Source: Octopus vulgaris (Eukaryota). Taken from it: 64,000 nt of DNA. Of the stretch, positions 14,455 to 28,445 are shown one piece after another (within the stretch, counting starts at the first letter, position 1; each line of letters begins with the position of its first letter). The DNA lies in assembly GCA_951406725.2 (NCBI GenBank), contig OX597829.1, positions 47,492,001 to 47,556,000 of the forward strand. The letters are read 5' to 3'. The notes beneath the pieces are model-generated. The model saw only the letters and a list, made by a program, of their open reading frames with translations, had not been told where the DNA came from and ran no database searches. Made by a program: the position numbers and the translations under genes.

Positions 14455-15538
14455 GGCATTCTAGTTATGATTATTCTGTATTTTAAAGAGTACCTGGTAC
14501 TACATTGTAAAATGTTATTTCCTTCAAAACAATAAAGGAGTGTTTTGAAAACGATTGAATCGCTATCCCTAGTTCGCCGAGTGACCTCGGAGAAGCTCCC
14601 TCGCCAATTTTGGCATTGCTGGTGGTGGTCTCTCACCAAGTCAAACAAAACTATGATCAAGACATTCCAGTTGTGCCCCTTCCATTTTTATATTTCAGAC
14701 AAAGTGTTCGAAGTTGACCCTTTTTAAATACAGTCGCATATTAATATGAGGGATATTTAGCTGGTATATCTCTCATATCTAGCACCATGTAGTGTTCCGC
14801 ATCATTAAATCATACATACAATTTACTTAAAAAGGACAACATGAGGTCAATTGAAGGAAAATATGACAGATATTTCTAGCAGATCTTGATACCACGTAAT
14901 GGTTCCCAGTTGGGTCATGGCGATTGTTGTTCGCTGATGTTGGTTATGGGCGATTGATGATCTAAACTATTTTTGGAATAAAGATATATTAATCAGATAT
15001 TGATTTCATATGATGTAGACCCAATATTTTGCTATGCAGTAGTTCCAATACCTTTCCTTAATTTAAATATATGAATAAAAAACCAGGTCGAAACCAGGTC
15101 ACTAGTTTAGCTTACGATATGTTATCTGTTGTTTTAATGGTTTCTTTGAAAGAATTAGTGAAATATGATCGCTATGAGATACTGCAGTGTTTATTTACTT
15201 TGTGTAATACACAGAGGCAGGAAAAGACAGAAACGTTGGTAGTAATAGGTCTGAGCCAGATTTGAATTACAAGCCACATTTCAAATAATTGTTTTCAGTA
15301 ATTAGTGTTAGACACAAATTTTAGTCACAATCGAACACACAAACACAAGGTATGTATGTGTGTTGTTCGTGGGTCGACCTTGTTTATGCGTGTTCCTCGA
15401 ACTGCTTCTAATTCAAATACAAATTTTAGTATACAGATGCGTGCGTGTGTGTGTGTGTGTGTGTGTGTGTTCTGTGTATATTACAGGTGTATATGCATTT
15501 ATACATGTATTTATGTATGTATAATATGTGTGTACGTT

Positions 15539-15740
15539 AAGGCGGCGAGCTAGCAGAAACGTTAGCACGCCGGGCGAAATGCTTAGCTGTATTTCGTCTG
15601 TCTTGACATTCTGAGTTCAAATTCCGCCGAGGTTGACTTTGCATTTTATCCTTTCGGGGTCGGTAAATTAAGTACCGGGTCGATCTAATCGACTGGCCCT
15701 CTCCTCCAAAATTTCGGGGCTTGTGCCTAGAGTAGAAAGA
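15539..15740 (+). mobile_element. SINE family B (alternative tail)
   Basis: Same head and central domain as the other B copies. Confidence 0.82.
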
Positions 15741-16069
15741 ATATGCGGGTACGAGCATCTGTGTACACATGTATGTATGTAAATATATGTGCATATATGT
15801 GTGCATATATGCATGTACGTGTGCATACATATAAGTATACAAGGTGTATAAGTATACACATGTATGTGTTTGAAGTGTACTTGGGATGCAAATATTAGAA
15901 CGATTTTTAGAGGTAGTTTTTGTTAGAGAGTCTTCTTTCACTCTAACGAAAAAGGAGAAATGGGCCCCTCAGAATGGTGGAAGTCAATACCAATTGGCCC
16001 ATCTGCTTCTTCACTTTCTCGTTCGGGCAGAAATGCATGAAACTAATTGAATATCTTCAATTGGAATCT

Positions 16070-16101
<32 letters not shown>

Positions 16102-16208
16102 CTCTCTACTATGTTTGGTATTATTCTTTTCTCTCTTTGTTTTCCTATTGTTTTTCTTGCTTCTATGATCTTTTTTTTTTTATTCCTCTTTCGGAATTAT
16201 TTAATATT

Positions 16209-16438
16209 TATTTCTTTACTGCCCACAAGAGGCTAAACATAGAGCGGACAGATAAGGACAAACGGATAAAGTCGATTACATCGATCCCAGTTGGAAACTG
16301 GTACTTTATTTAATCGACCTCCAAAAGGATGAAAGGTAAAGTCGACCTCGGCGGAATTTGAACTCAGACCGTAACGACAGACGAAATACGGCTACGCATT
16401 TCGCCCGGCGTGCTAACGTTTCTGCCAGCTCGCCGCCT
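16209..16438 (-). mobile_element. SINE family B with TSD
   Basis: TSD ggaattatttaatatt at about 16193 and at 16439. Confidence 0.88.
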
Positions 16439-17181
16439 GGAATTATTTAATATTATTTAACACAGTTACGTACCGCAAGAGGTAAAAGAGAGACATTAAC
16501 AATACAAGGCTATTGTTAATAACTTTTGTTCGGCGCTTTGTGTTGCTGTGGTTGATTGAGAAGGTTTGTGTTAGTTAGTGGCTGAGCTGTAATATTATAG
16601 TAACTTACCTTCTCGTATATTACAATTTGAACGTTTCTTAAAAAGACAAAAACAAACAATAGAAAAAAATACTAAATGTGTATTCCACTACGCAAGTTTG
16701 GACTTGATATTCTTCTGATAAGCAAGCTAGCTAGCTCAGTTAAAGTATGCCACAGTAGGGGAGAGAGAGAGAGCTAAATATACAGCCTTCAGAATGGTAA
16801 ACATAAAGAGGTCACTAGCCATATCAGAAAATGAATTCATGGGGAACAAATAATAAATGGGACACGCGTTTTGACCTTTCCAACAATTGTTTTTATTCTT
16901 TTCCTGCGCAATGAAACAAAAAAAAAAATGCTATTTATTATCGCATATTTTATCGCTTGTTAGTATTTTTTTTTCTTTTAATTTTTTTTTTTTTGCTTTC
17001 AATATTTGCTTCTTACTCTTGTTATTCTTTCGGAATTCACACTTCTACAAATCTGTGTATCTTACCTTGTGGATCTTTCCTCTCTGTGTTAGATGTACAC
17101 ATATACACTATACATATATGCACTCGTAAATGTATTCATTCTCTCTCTCTCTCTCTCTTTCTCTCTCTCACTCACACATAT

Positions 17182-17222
<41 letters not shown>

Positions 17223-17446
17223 AAGAGACGAGTGCCAGAGTATCAACGTTTCCATGTGGTAGGTTTGAGATTACTCTCTTTGAAGTCATTAGTGACCTTG
17301 TTGGCCCACAAACAAAATATATATACATATATGCAAATTCATAAACATATACATATAAATATGCATTTATATATGCGTGTGTGCGTGTATGAGTGGACAA
17401 ACGGAAGAAAAGGGCACTCAACACATTTATTAGGATTTACATGTAC

Positions 17447-17786
17447 TATTTAAAACAGTTTGATTTGAAATCCGTGCTAAGTTTCGCAGGCCCCTAATGG
17501 AACCCGTCTCCTAAGGCTCTGGAAAAGCCGAAAGAAGAGGTCCAGGGAGTACATGATGCCTGCCACATGATGAGCTGTTATTGGTCAAATAGGGTCACAT
17601 GGTATTACTGTAGATAATATCGCTTCGTAAGCGACACCAGTTCCACCAGAAAAAAAAGAGTTTCTTTGACCGCAAGGGTTTCCTGGATCTCTTCATTCGG
17701 CTTTTCCTGAGCCCGAAGAGAAGGGCTCCGTTAGGGGCCTGCGAAATTTGAAGTATCATGGAAACCGAATCAAACTGTTCTAAATA
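17447..17786. repeat. Foldback / MITE-like inverted repeat
   Basis: Arms of about 100 bp: tatttaaaacagtttgatt...tttcgcaggcccctaatgga...ggaaaagccgaa and its reverse complement. Confidence 0.8.
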
Positions 17787-18175
17787 ATATATTCATGGGT
17801 GTGAATGCATCCGGACCGACGTATGTTTGATGTCACTGTAGATGCCCACATGGCCATTTCCTCTCCAAGACACGAGTCTTGACAAGACTTTTGTGACACA
17901 TGCTAAAAATCTCTTCCCGCCGTATCACTAATTCAGAGACAAACACAGCTCGGAAGCAGCGTAATTGCTGTGGCATCTCCGTATAATACAGGCGTAACAG
18001 ATATCAGAAAATCAGCCTGTTCCACACTGCAAAACAATTTCTCCAATTCACAATTCTGGACTGTTACGTTATTTATCGATCCGAAACGGTGAGCGGCAAA
18101 GTTGACCTCAGCAGAGTCTGCACTTAGTTGCATTCACCGCATGCACTCGCAACAAACACACACATATATGCATGT

Positions 18176-18208
<33 letters not shown>

Positions 18209-18246
18209 CGATTCAGTATCCACTGTATTTAAATAAAAGCTACTAA

Positions 18247-18652
18247 TCTTTATATATAAAAGAGAAGTTGTGTGTCTGTCTCCTACGATTTAGATTCCTA
18301 ACTACTCCCACATTTTGCGGTGCAGTTTAACCAAAACCGGGTATCTTATAGTCGTGATTCATATCGAGCCCTTCTGGGTATTAGCGCGCGTCTACGATGA
18401 GTCTACGATTTTAAAAAAAAATTACCATAATTTTTTTCCATTTTAATGCATTTTTTTCGCTATTATATAAGGGAAGTAACGCTCTAAAAATGTCTACGAT
18501 GAGTCAACGATTTTTAAAATAAATTACCATCATTTTTTTTCCATTTTCAATGCATTTTTTGGGGTTTTTTTTTGGGGGGGCTACAACTCTCTAAAAACGC
18601 TTATATAGTTATTTCCCTTACAAACCCGAGCAACGCCGGGCGATACTGCTAG
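18247..18652 (+). mobile_element. Non-autonomous Helitron, copy 1
   Basis: 5' end A|TCTTTATATATAAAAG, subterminal hairpin CCCGAGCAACGCCGGG, 3' end CTAG|T, no TSD. Two more copies occur in the window. Confidence 0.85.
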
Positions 18653-18668
18653 TATTTAATAGTATGGA

Positions 18669-18933
18669 AACACGATAATTCAGCAGATTTATATAGCGTG
18701 TCTTGTGTCTCAAAGCAACAATTATGCCTCAATGCACATGGTTGATCATATGATTTTTGTTTACCCTTTGTCTTTTCGTTTCAGTTTTTGTATCAACCTT
18801 CTCGGTTTTGTTTTTTGCTTTTCTTTTCCTCTCGTGTTTTCTCATAGATCAGTGTCCATGTGCATTGAGCCTGAAGGATGATTTTGCTCCGAGACACAAG
18901 GCATGTTATATAAATCTGCTGAATTATCGTGTT
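18669..18933. repeat. Foldback inverted repeat
   Basis: aacacgataattcagcagatttatatagcgtgtcttgtgtctc...ctcaatgcacatgg pairs with ccatgtgcattgag...gagacacaaggcatgttatataaatctgctgaattatcgtgtt. Confidence 0.8.
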
Positions 18934-19086
18934 CGCAAGGCACAAAAAACCATTATTATTAGCTCGTATTTAAATACTGTATACATTAAATGATATTTAT
19001 TTCTCATTAGCTGGAGTACTTTTTTGTCGATTCCACATATAAACGGAACAGTAAATTCGTTCTCTCTCCCCCCTCTCTCTCTCTCT

Positions 19087-19168
<82 letters not shown>

Positions 19169-20269
19169 GTATAATGTAACCACATGTGAGTCGTTGGCGA
19201 TTTTCATCCACCGTCTTCCAACATCAGGTGTCCAGCGATGGCGTGGGAGGACAAATGCAGACACAAAGACACACACATAAATATGCACATATATACACGA
19301 CGAGCTTCTTTCAGTTTCCGTCAAACAAATCGGCTCACAAGGCTCTGGTCGACACGAGTCTATAGTAGACGACACTTACCCAAGGTCCCTATTTACACTT
19401 CTTAAATTTATCCGTACATATTCTTGTCTGTGTATCATCTCCGTAAACAACCTGTAGCCCTCGTGCGGCTGTCGGGCAGCTGTAACCCCGCCCTTGTCAA
19501 GAACTCAATGATGACACATTGCTTGTATTTGGAAATCATTATTAACATGTAAAGAACTGATAGAGACACTACAAAAGAAGAAGAGTACTCTTCCAGCATT
19601 TGCCATTTGAACGACCTCTATCAGTTAATAAAACAGGTATGCCAACCAACTTTAGTATTAGTTTTTTGTCATAACCCTTGTATTTATCCCTAAAATGTTT
19701 ACACCATTCTCTCTCTCAGTCATTTAATTGTCTTTTTTATCAGCTTTAATCTGAAGACATTAAAGGTGAAGAAGGGCGGGTCTGTTTCTGCTTATAACAA
19801 GGACGATTATTCAAGCTACTTCAACTACTGAGATTGTAAATCAGAGATAACGATTACTTGCGTTTGTAAAATGTTTGTTTTTATTTTGGGGTTGTTGTTT
19901 TTTTCTTTTCTTTTACTGTTTACTGACATAAACAAGTGATGATGACTCACTTAAAACAACTGATTAAGTTGAATTTGTCAGTATTTATTTTATCTTACGT
20001 TTTAAGCGCGGTACATTTTATATGAGCTTCTCTGATCATCTTTCGTCTACACAATTTGCAGATGAGTCAGGTATGATGGCAGTCACACAGTTATCTTTGT
20101 CCTACATTTATCAATTACTGCAACAGAATAACCTTTGTGAGGGCCTCGACCAGTGTTTTGGAAGGACATTCATCTTCCTGTATAAATAGATAGGCTCTCA
20201 GACTTATTGACTGTCAAACCTTGAGGTAGTTTACGGAGTTGTGTATCACAACATACGGAATTTAGTAGA

Positions 20270-20505
20270 ATACCTATTTCTTTATAACCCACAAGGGGCT
20301 AAACACAGAGGGGACAAACAGGGACAGACATAGGTATTAAGTCGATTACATCGACCCCAGTGCGTAACTGGTACTTAATTTATCGACCCCGAAAGGATGA
20401 AAGGCAAAGTCGACCTCGGCGGAATTTGAACTCAGAACGTAACGGCAGACGAAATACCGCTAAGCATTTCGCCCGGCGTGCTAACGTTTCTGCCAGCTTG
20501 CCGCT
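20270..20505 (-). mobile_element. SINE family B with TSD
   Basis: tttagtagaatacc at 20261 and 20521. Confidence 0.85.
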
Positions 20506-21140
20506 TTATATGTATATATATTTAGTAGAATACCACTTGATCACAGGCCCAGGCTTGGTCAACCTTGGTCGAGTCGCTTGGATTGGGAGGTATGTTGTAA
20601 GACTCGAAGCACCCAGGGACATTCAGGATGCAATGTTTTAAACTAATGTTACTGGTTACTTTTGACATGTCTGAATTGAATCCTTTTTATCTTGCTCTAT
20701 GGCGTACACTTTGCATATTACATATATACTTTTGATTTCTCACTCGGTCCCAATATGGCTACATATTGGCAACGGGAATTCAAAAGAATTCAAAACTTAC
20801 ATTGAGCCCAATACTTGGGAAACACTTACTTTTATTAATATTGAAATGTTCGCTTTAGTGGGATTTGAACTCAGAATGTTACTTATTGAGGTGTGTGGTG
20901 AGGTGAAACGTTATTAGGAGTATATATTATTGGTTTCTGATTTTGGTTAAAGGTCAACGAGTTTACAGAAGGGGTTAAGTCGATTACATCGATCCCAGTG
21001 TTCGACTGGTACTTATTTTATCGACCTCGAAGGAATAAAAGACAAAGTCGACCTCGGGAGAATTTGAACTCAGAATGCAATGACGGACAAAATGCCGTTA
21101 AACATTTTGCCCTCCGTGCTAACGATATTAGAAATATATA

Positions 21141-21521
21141 ACTTGTTTCAGTCGGCCATGCTGGAGCACCGCTTTTTGTCGAGCAAATCGATCCCATGAC
21201 TTATACTTTGTAAGCCTAGTACTTATTCTATCGGTCTCTTTTGCCGAACCGCTAAATTACGTGGACGTAAACACACCAGCATCGGTTGTCAAGCGATGTT
21301 GGGGGGGGGGGGGGGAGACAAACACAGACACACACACACACACACACACAACATATATATACATATATACGACGGGCTTCTTTCAGTTTCCGCCTACCAA
21401 ATCTACTCACAAGGCTTTGGTCGGCCCGAGGCTATAGTAGAAGACACTTGCTCAAGTTGCCACGTAGTGGGACTGAACCCGGAACCATGCGGTTGGTAAG
21501 CAAGCTACTTACCACACAGCC
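21141..21521 (-). mobile_element. SINE family A
   Basis: Near full-length reverse copy. Confidence 0.85.
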
Positions 21522-22169
21522 ATTCATTGGACTATTGATAAAATAATAGGATAAAAATGTGTGTGTGTACGTGCTTATGTATATTCGTGTGTGTGTGTTT
21601 TATTTATCCATGATGGTCAAATATTTTAGATTTTATGGTATTCATCAATGGTTGATTAGATTTAAAACTCAAGGACACATCCAATCTGTAATGTCCACGA
21701 TTTATCTATAAATGATAGCAGAAAAAAATATAGTATATCAGCTAGTTTTACAGATACTGATTAAAAATATAAAAAAAGAACTTACACATGCATACTATGT
21801 CTAAACATGTATATGGTTGGTGTAGGAGTCGTTTGGGTTATCGATGACCTATATTTCCATCTTTATGGCTACGATTATCAGTTTTGTTAAATAAGTAGTT
21901 ATTCTCCTGTTAACAAGATAAAGGAACCTTTTTGTTCAATAGCGTAGAGATGAGTTTCAAAACCTTGAATTCGCTATACAGAGAGTCACTACACCCACAG
22001 AGACCGGAAGGGGTATAAACGGAATGTCATTAGTTAGGGAAGTTGATTTTGCAACTAAAACATTTTTCTTTGAGTCATGGATCCAATAGAAAATCATAAA
22101 ATTGTCGTAAATTTCTTTTCTTTATTTAAAAATTTTTTTAAAGCGTTTCTAAACAAAATGAAAATATAT

Positions 22170-22341
22170 AGGCGCAGGAGTGGCTGTGTGGTAAGTAGCT
22201 TGCTAACCAGCCACATGGTTCCGGGTTCAGTCCCACTGCGTGGCATCTTGGTCAAGTGTCTTCTGCTATAGCCCCGGGCCGACCAATGCCTTATGAGTGG
22301 ATTTGGTAGATAGAAACTGAAAGAAGCCCGTCGTATATATG

Positions 22342-22372
<31 letters not shown>

Positions 22373-22586
22373 GCTTGTGTGTCTGTGTTTGTCCCCCTAG
22401 CATTGCTTGACAACCGATGCTGGTGTGTTTACGTCCCCGTCACTTAGCGGTTCGGCAAAAGAGACCGATAGAATAAGTACTGGGCTTACAAAGAATAAGT
22501 CCCGGGGTCGAGTTGCTCGACTAAAGGCGGTGCTCTAGCATGGTCGCAGTCAAATGACTGAAACAAGTAGAAGAGTAAAAAAGAGT
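22170..22586 (+). mobile_element. SINE family A
   Basis: Full-length copy. Confidence 0.88.
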
Positions 22587-22820
22587 ATAAAGACAAAATC
22601 TCGTGAAAAAATATATTTTACGAGAAAACAAATATACTAAAAAGCAATATTTGTTGAACATCAGAGAAAGGACTAAATGAAAACTTATTTGTAAAAGCGA
22701 GAATATCATACAAGTAACAATAATAAGTCAATCAAGTCCGAAAAATAAGAACATACAAAATGGCCGTAAGCCTAACTGTCCTCGTCAAACTGCCATTCGC
22801 CATAAGTAAGCCATTATAAT

Positions 22821-23211
22821 GGATGATGGAAGCACTCCGTCGGTTCCGACGACGAGGGTTCCGGTTGATCCGATCAACGGAACAGCCTGCTCGTGAAATT
22901 AACGTGTAAGTGGCTGAGCACTCCACAGACACGTGTACCCTTAACGTAGTACTCGGGGATATTCAGCGTGACACAGAGAGTGACAAGGCCGGCCCTTTGA
23001 AATACAGGTACAACAGAAACAGGAAGTAAGAGTGAGAGAAAGTTGTGGTGAAAGAGTACAGCAGGGATCACCACCATCCCCTGCCGGAGCCTCGTGGAGC
23101 TTTTAGGTGTTTTCGCTCAATAAACACTCACAACGCCCGGTCTGGGAATGGAAACCGCGATCCTACGACCGCGAGTCCGCTGCCCTAACCACTGGGCCAT
23201 TGCGCCTCCAC
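22821..23211 (-). mobile_element. tRNA-derived SINE family C, full length
   Basis: Head gtggaggcgcaaTGGCCCAGTGGttagg...ggtttccattcccag, with a 14-bp TSD taagccattataat at 22807-22820 and 23212-23225. Degenerate relatives occur near 590-720, 43025-43140, 47724-47830 and 61800-62000. Confidence 0.85.
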
Positions 23212-24025
23212 TAAGCCATTATAATAAGTGTATCGTAAGAGAGAAGAGACAAAAAGATAAATACTTGAAAGGTATTTTCAATAAAATGTTCCAAGAGAAG
23301 ATTAATTCGTTGGACGGTTGCACAACATATTTAATTAGAATTGATAGAGGACTTACGGTTCTGATGATGGCAGTGATTAAAAATATAAGGAGGGCATATT
23401 TACAACAATGCAATGTCCTCATTTTTGCAAATGCATATTTATTTATAATTCCTTTCAGCAACTAATAAACTGTATCTTGAACATATTAAAGTAAGCAAAG
23501 GCAAAAGATAATGTACTAAGAGAGATTTGGGGTGAAAAAACAGTAAAATACAATGTTTTAAAAATAAAACAATAAAAGAAAAAATATTGACTAAGTTTTG
23601 TGGCAATACTTAAACACATGAAGATCTACTCTTCACACTAATAAAAACTGAAAATACCATAAAGAGCGATTGGGAGATGGAAGAAAAAATATTGGTTCTA
23701 ATTTGATCACTTATAAATTGATCACCAACATTACTAGAGATATAGATATTGAGGAATTCTGTCAACAAAAGAATAATTAACAAGAAATTTTGTTGCAAGC
23801 AATTATAGGTCAGCAGAGTCGAGGGTATGTCCAGTTACAAAATATAAATTTGATACTCCTTCTTTGAAAAATTTGTATACTTTTCTTGAGAAAAATCTGG
23901 AGAAAGAATAAGCTGCTTAACCAGAATATGAGCTTAAGCAATATATAAGAATTCCGAAGAAGTATTGACTTTGTATCTTGAACGTTACCTCCGTACAATT
24001 CAGGAACAAGAAATTTCCATTGAGT

Positions 24026-24263
24026 ATACCTATTTCTTTATTACCCACAAGGGGCTAAACACAGAGGGGACAAACAAGGACAGACATAGGTATTAAGTCG
24101 ATTACATCGACCCCAGTGCGTAACTGGTACTTAAATTTATCGACCCCGAAAGGATGAAAGGCAAAGTCGACCTCGGTGGAATTTGAACTCACAACGTAAC
24201 GGCAGACGAAATACTGCTAAGCATTTCGCCCGGCGTGCTAACGTTTCTGCCAGCTCGCCGCCT
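24026..24263 (-). mobile_element. SINE family B with TSD
   Basis: tttccattgagtatacc at 24014 and 24263. Confidence 0.9.
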
Positions 24264-24971
24264 TTCCATTGAGTATACCATAAGTCAAAAGATAGAAAAC
24301 AGCAGCAAACCACGATTTCTTGCTGTGCTGAACCAAACTTGGAGATGTAGAACATATTGCGATCTGCGAGGTATTGTGTGATATAGCCAGAGTAATCCGG
24401 AATAGAATAACAGATAAAAATAACTAATACAAACGAACACTCGCAGATCAAAAGGATGTTCGCGGAACTTAATAATAAAAACACAACCAACTTGATATCT
24501 GAGACCACGAAATAAAAACATGTCCTATTATTTTATCGCACGTGAACAGCAGAATTTCTTCGATACAGCACTGTGGTTGATAAAATCAACGTTAACCGTT
24601 GATGACAGCTTTTTTCTCACCAGCTATGGTAGTATTCTAATGATTTAAACTAGTAATATATATATATATATATATACTATCTTATTTTTGTTTGTAACTG
24701 AGCAGAAAACATAAGGGTATTGGATAAAATCTTTGACAGAAACAGATGGAAAAACTATACTGTGAGTTCAAGTCCCGTTACGGTTACCTTACACTTTTAC
24801 TCATCAAGAGTCGGCAAAGTAATCAATATTCGGATTGATTACACAGCTTGCCATTTGAAACATTGCTCTCACCACCTCCCTAACGAAAGGTTCCTGGGCT
24901 GTTTGGAAAAGTGTAAACTATTTTTGTGTGTGTTTATATATGGCTACATTTTGGTTTCGGACTCTCTCTCT

Positions 24972-25012
<41 letters not shown>

Positions 25013-25426
25013 AGAGAGAGAGAGAGAGAGAGATTCCCAAACTGAAGTGTAGTCATTTCCATCAACGAACGTGTTACTTCTAGCTACTATTACTGCAGGT
25101 GCTCCCGCAGCTGTTCCCTGCTGTCATTAGAAAAAAAACCAGATAGCTTTGGACTCAGTTCAGATTTAATGGTATCTGGCTAAAAGCGTCAACATTTGAT
25201 ACCTCACAGGTTATTTCTTTAAAAGCCATGAAGTAAAGACATGGTTAAAATGTTTGGAATTTGATTGCCATAAACTAAGTTTGACTCTTAGTTTATATAT
25301 TCACCCGTGTTTGTCACTAATGTCTACATTAACGTGTGTTGGCGTATGTATGTAGATTTTCTGTGTATATGAGTATCCCTGTGTACGCAAGCTTGTGAAT
25401 GTGTGTATACCTATATGTAGTGTCAA

Positions 25427-25465
<39 letters not shown>

Positions 25466-25508
25466 CATTATTATTGAGTGAGAGAGCAGTTCATGCCATC
25501 AAAGTGAC

Positions 25509-25557
<49 letters not shown>

Positions 25558-25649
25558 TGCGGGACGTATGGTAGTTAATACATGTACTAATCAATGTATA
25601 TCCCTTTTGTGTGTGTGTGTTTTTTTTATATATGTAATGAGAGGAAATT

Positions 25650-26280
25650 GTGGCTGTATGGTAAAAAAGCTTTCTTCCCAATGACATGGTTCCGGGTTCA
25701 GTCCCACTGCGTGGCACCTTGGGCATGTGCCCTCTACTATAGCCTCGGGCCGACCAAAGCATTGTGAGTTGATTTGGTAGACGGAAACTGAAAGAAACCC
25801 GCTATGTTTATATATTTATATATATATATATATATATATAGTGTGTGTGTGTGTGTGAGTGTGTCTGTTTGTCCCCCCACGGTTACCGCTTGACAACCGA
25901 TGTTGGTGTGTTTTTTTCAACTATATTTATATATATATAATGTTTATCTGAATAAGCATTGGTACAGTTGTGGTTGTGTGGTAAGCAGTTTGCTTCCCAA
26001 TCCCATGGTTCCGAGTTCAACCCCACAGCGTGGCACATCGGTCTTGTGAATGTGCTTTCTTCACTGAATCTGAAAAGCCAGTCGTATGTGTATGAGCGCG
26101 AGCGCGCGTTTCTCTCCTCTGCTTAAAACCGGTGCTGGTTTGTTTACATCCCCGTATCTGAACGACACCGGGACAGTCTTTAAAAAAAATAAATAAATGC
26201 TGGAGTAAATTTGTTCAACAAGGCAGTGCTCCAGTATTGGCTGCCATTCAATGGATAAAAAACAAGTAAATGATAAAAGG
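25650..26280 (+). mobile_element. Two degenerate SINE-A copies in tandem
   Basis: Heads at about 25650 and 25968, tail at about 26270. Confidence 0.7.
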
Positions 26281-26420
26281 AGATATAGATTTTGTATGTA
26301 GGTCTGGCTGAATTTATATGCGTATATAAATATTGGTTTTTTATGTACGAATGTGTGATCTTGTGTGAAATATTTTTTTTAGAAAATGTTAGAATTAATA
26401 TATGTTTCTCTTTTTTCTAG

Positions 26421-26580
26421 AATGAAAAGAAATTGCGATATCGCTTCGCTGCAATCGTTGACGAATTGCGAAATTCCAGTGACGCTGTATATAGCAGGGC
26501 GCTTTTTTCTTTCGTCAACTGTATTATCATCTACAAAAAAGAAGATCTAGAACGAGTTAGAATCAGAAATGAATTCATCG
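26421..26580 (+). CDS. INF2: Inverted formin (INF2-like) coding exon, DID/armadillo region; first exon recognisable in the window
   Basis: tttctag|AATGAAAAG...TTCATCG|gtacgt, 160 bp, phase 0 to 1. Translates NEKKLRYRFAAIVDELRNSSDAVYSRALFSFVNCIIIYKKEDLERVRIRNEFI(G), matching the INF2 DID segment YRFS..ELS....Y...LLS.INA.I...EDL..R..LRNEFIG as recalled. Confidence 0.88.
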
Positions 26581-26825
26581 GTACGTGCCTCTTTATTATT
26601 ATTATTATTATGTTTTTTCTTCTTTCTTCAAATTTTCTTCCGTTTCTCACCGGGTGTTTTCCATACACCTAGGGCAGAGAAGCTCATTGTATGCATTCCC
26701 AGATTACACACGCAAATTCACAGATAAAATATGTATTTAAAAATTAATAAATAAATTCATGGATGGATGTTGTTTTCACAGCGGTAATGCTCTTCTCAGT
26801 ACATGAGCCGTTCCAGTTAATACGA

Positions 26826-26866
<41 letters not shown>

Positions 26867-28074
26867 TATTATTATAGCAGCGAGCGGCAAAACCGTTCAC
26901 ACAGGTGGTTATAAAGCTTAGCCACATTTCGTCCTCTTTACGACCTGAGATTGAATCTATCAATGGCGACTTTCATCATTTCGGGGTCGATAACATAAAG
27001 AGCAGTCAAGTACTGGGGTCGACGTAATCGGCTTACCCCGTCTCCCAAGTTGCTGACCTTCAGTCAAAATTTGAAATTATTATTATTATTTACCCATCAT
27101 GACTACCCGTCTGATAAGGGTACACCAGGCACATGCATCACAACTATATGTGTGCGATATGGTGATTTCATATCAAGATAAGCAGCGCATGACCATGTTG
27201 GTGGGGCCCAGTTAGAATTTTCTTCAGGTCGAGTAGCGCATCCCGCTCAAAAGTCTCCTGAATGAGGGCTGTTTAAGGAAGATGAACAAAATACATGTTT
27301 ACAGAGGTGAATTATTCAAACCCCAACGAATTTTCTTCAATACATGGCTATGACACTTCTCATGGGCGGACGAGTGTAGCGGTACCATCGATCTTACGTT
27401 GTGGCTGGTTTTGTTTCATTGACCCGGGAAGAATGAAAGGTAACTGTAGCCTCGATGAGATTTGAATTTAGAGGAAACACCAAAAGGGAGACATTCTGTC
27501 TGAGGCTCTTACGAATTAAAGTACCCCTAATAGTATTAATAGTTGCTGTAATAAAAGCTATAGTAGTAAGAGTAAACATTTAAGCTCCTTGTTACCCAGT
27601 TGAGTGACAGCGAACAGTTGACAAAAATCAACAAGAAATGCTTTGCCCCGTGCAGAAACTGCAGGAACCTGTCAGAGGTTTTGCAAGCTCTTCTAAATCT
27701 ATTACTGTATTGGAAGCACTTGTGTATTGCTAGCAGGTATCTCAGGGTCACAACCGTTTCGCCTCCTTTTGTCGGCATACTTCGCCTGAGTGGGAAAGCG
27801 AGGACTATTTGCGGTTTCTACTTGCGGTCTCTTATCGAACTACTGATAAATTACTTTCACCGACATGACGCCGTACAAGATTTATGACTAAATGAGCAAG
27901 AGAAAGCTTCGACGACCACTAATAATAACAACTTAGTAACAGCAAATAAACTTTACGGTATCAAGAAAATTAATAATAGCATTAAGAACATTTGACTAAT
28001 GCGAAACTTAATTCTTAATAGCCAAGACTCCTTCGAGTTGATTAAATCTGCCCTTCATAGCAGAAACAAAAAAC

Positions 28075-28091
28075 ATGTGTGTGTGTGTGTA

Positions 28092-28140
<49 letters not shown>

Positions 28141-28283
28141 TATAAATACACACATACACCACACTTGCATGTCTGGACGCACGCGAACATTGTACAAATA
28201 TAAATACATGTAAGCGCGCACACATAAGCACTTGTATACGTACGTACACACACACACATACACACACACACATACATACACAC

Positions 28284-28333
<50 letters not shown>

Positions 28334-28445
28334 ACATACACACACACATACACACATACACACACACACACACACATACACACACACACACACACACATA
28401 CATACACACACACATACATACATAAGCACTCACACACACACATAC
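28075..28445. repeat. (TG)n and (CA)n tracts in inverted arrangement
   Basis: (TG)n at 28076-28138 and degenerate (CA)n at 28246-28445. Confidence 0.85.
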
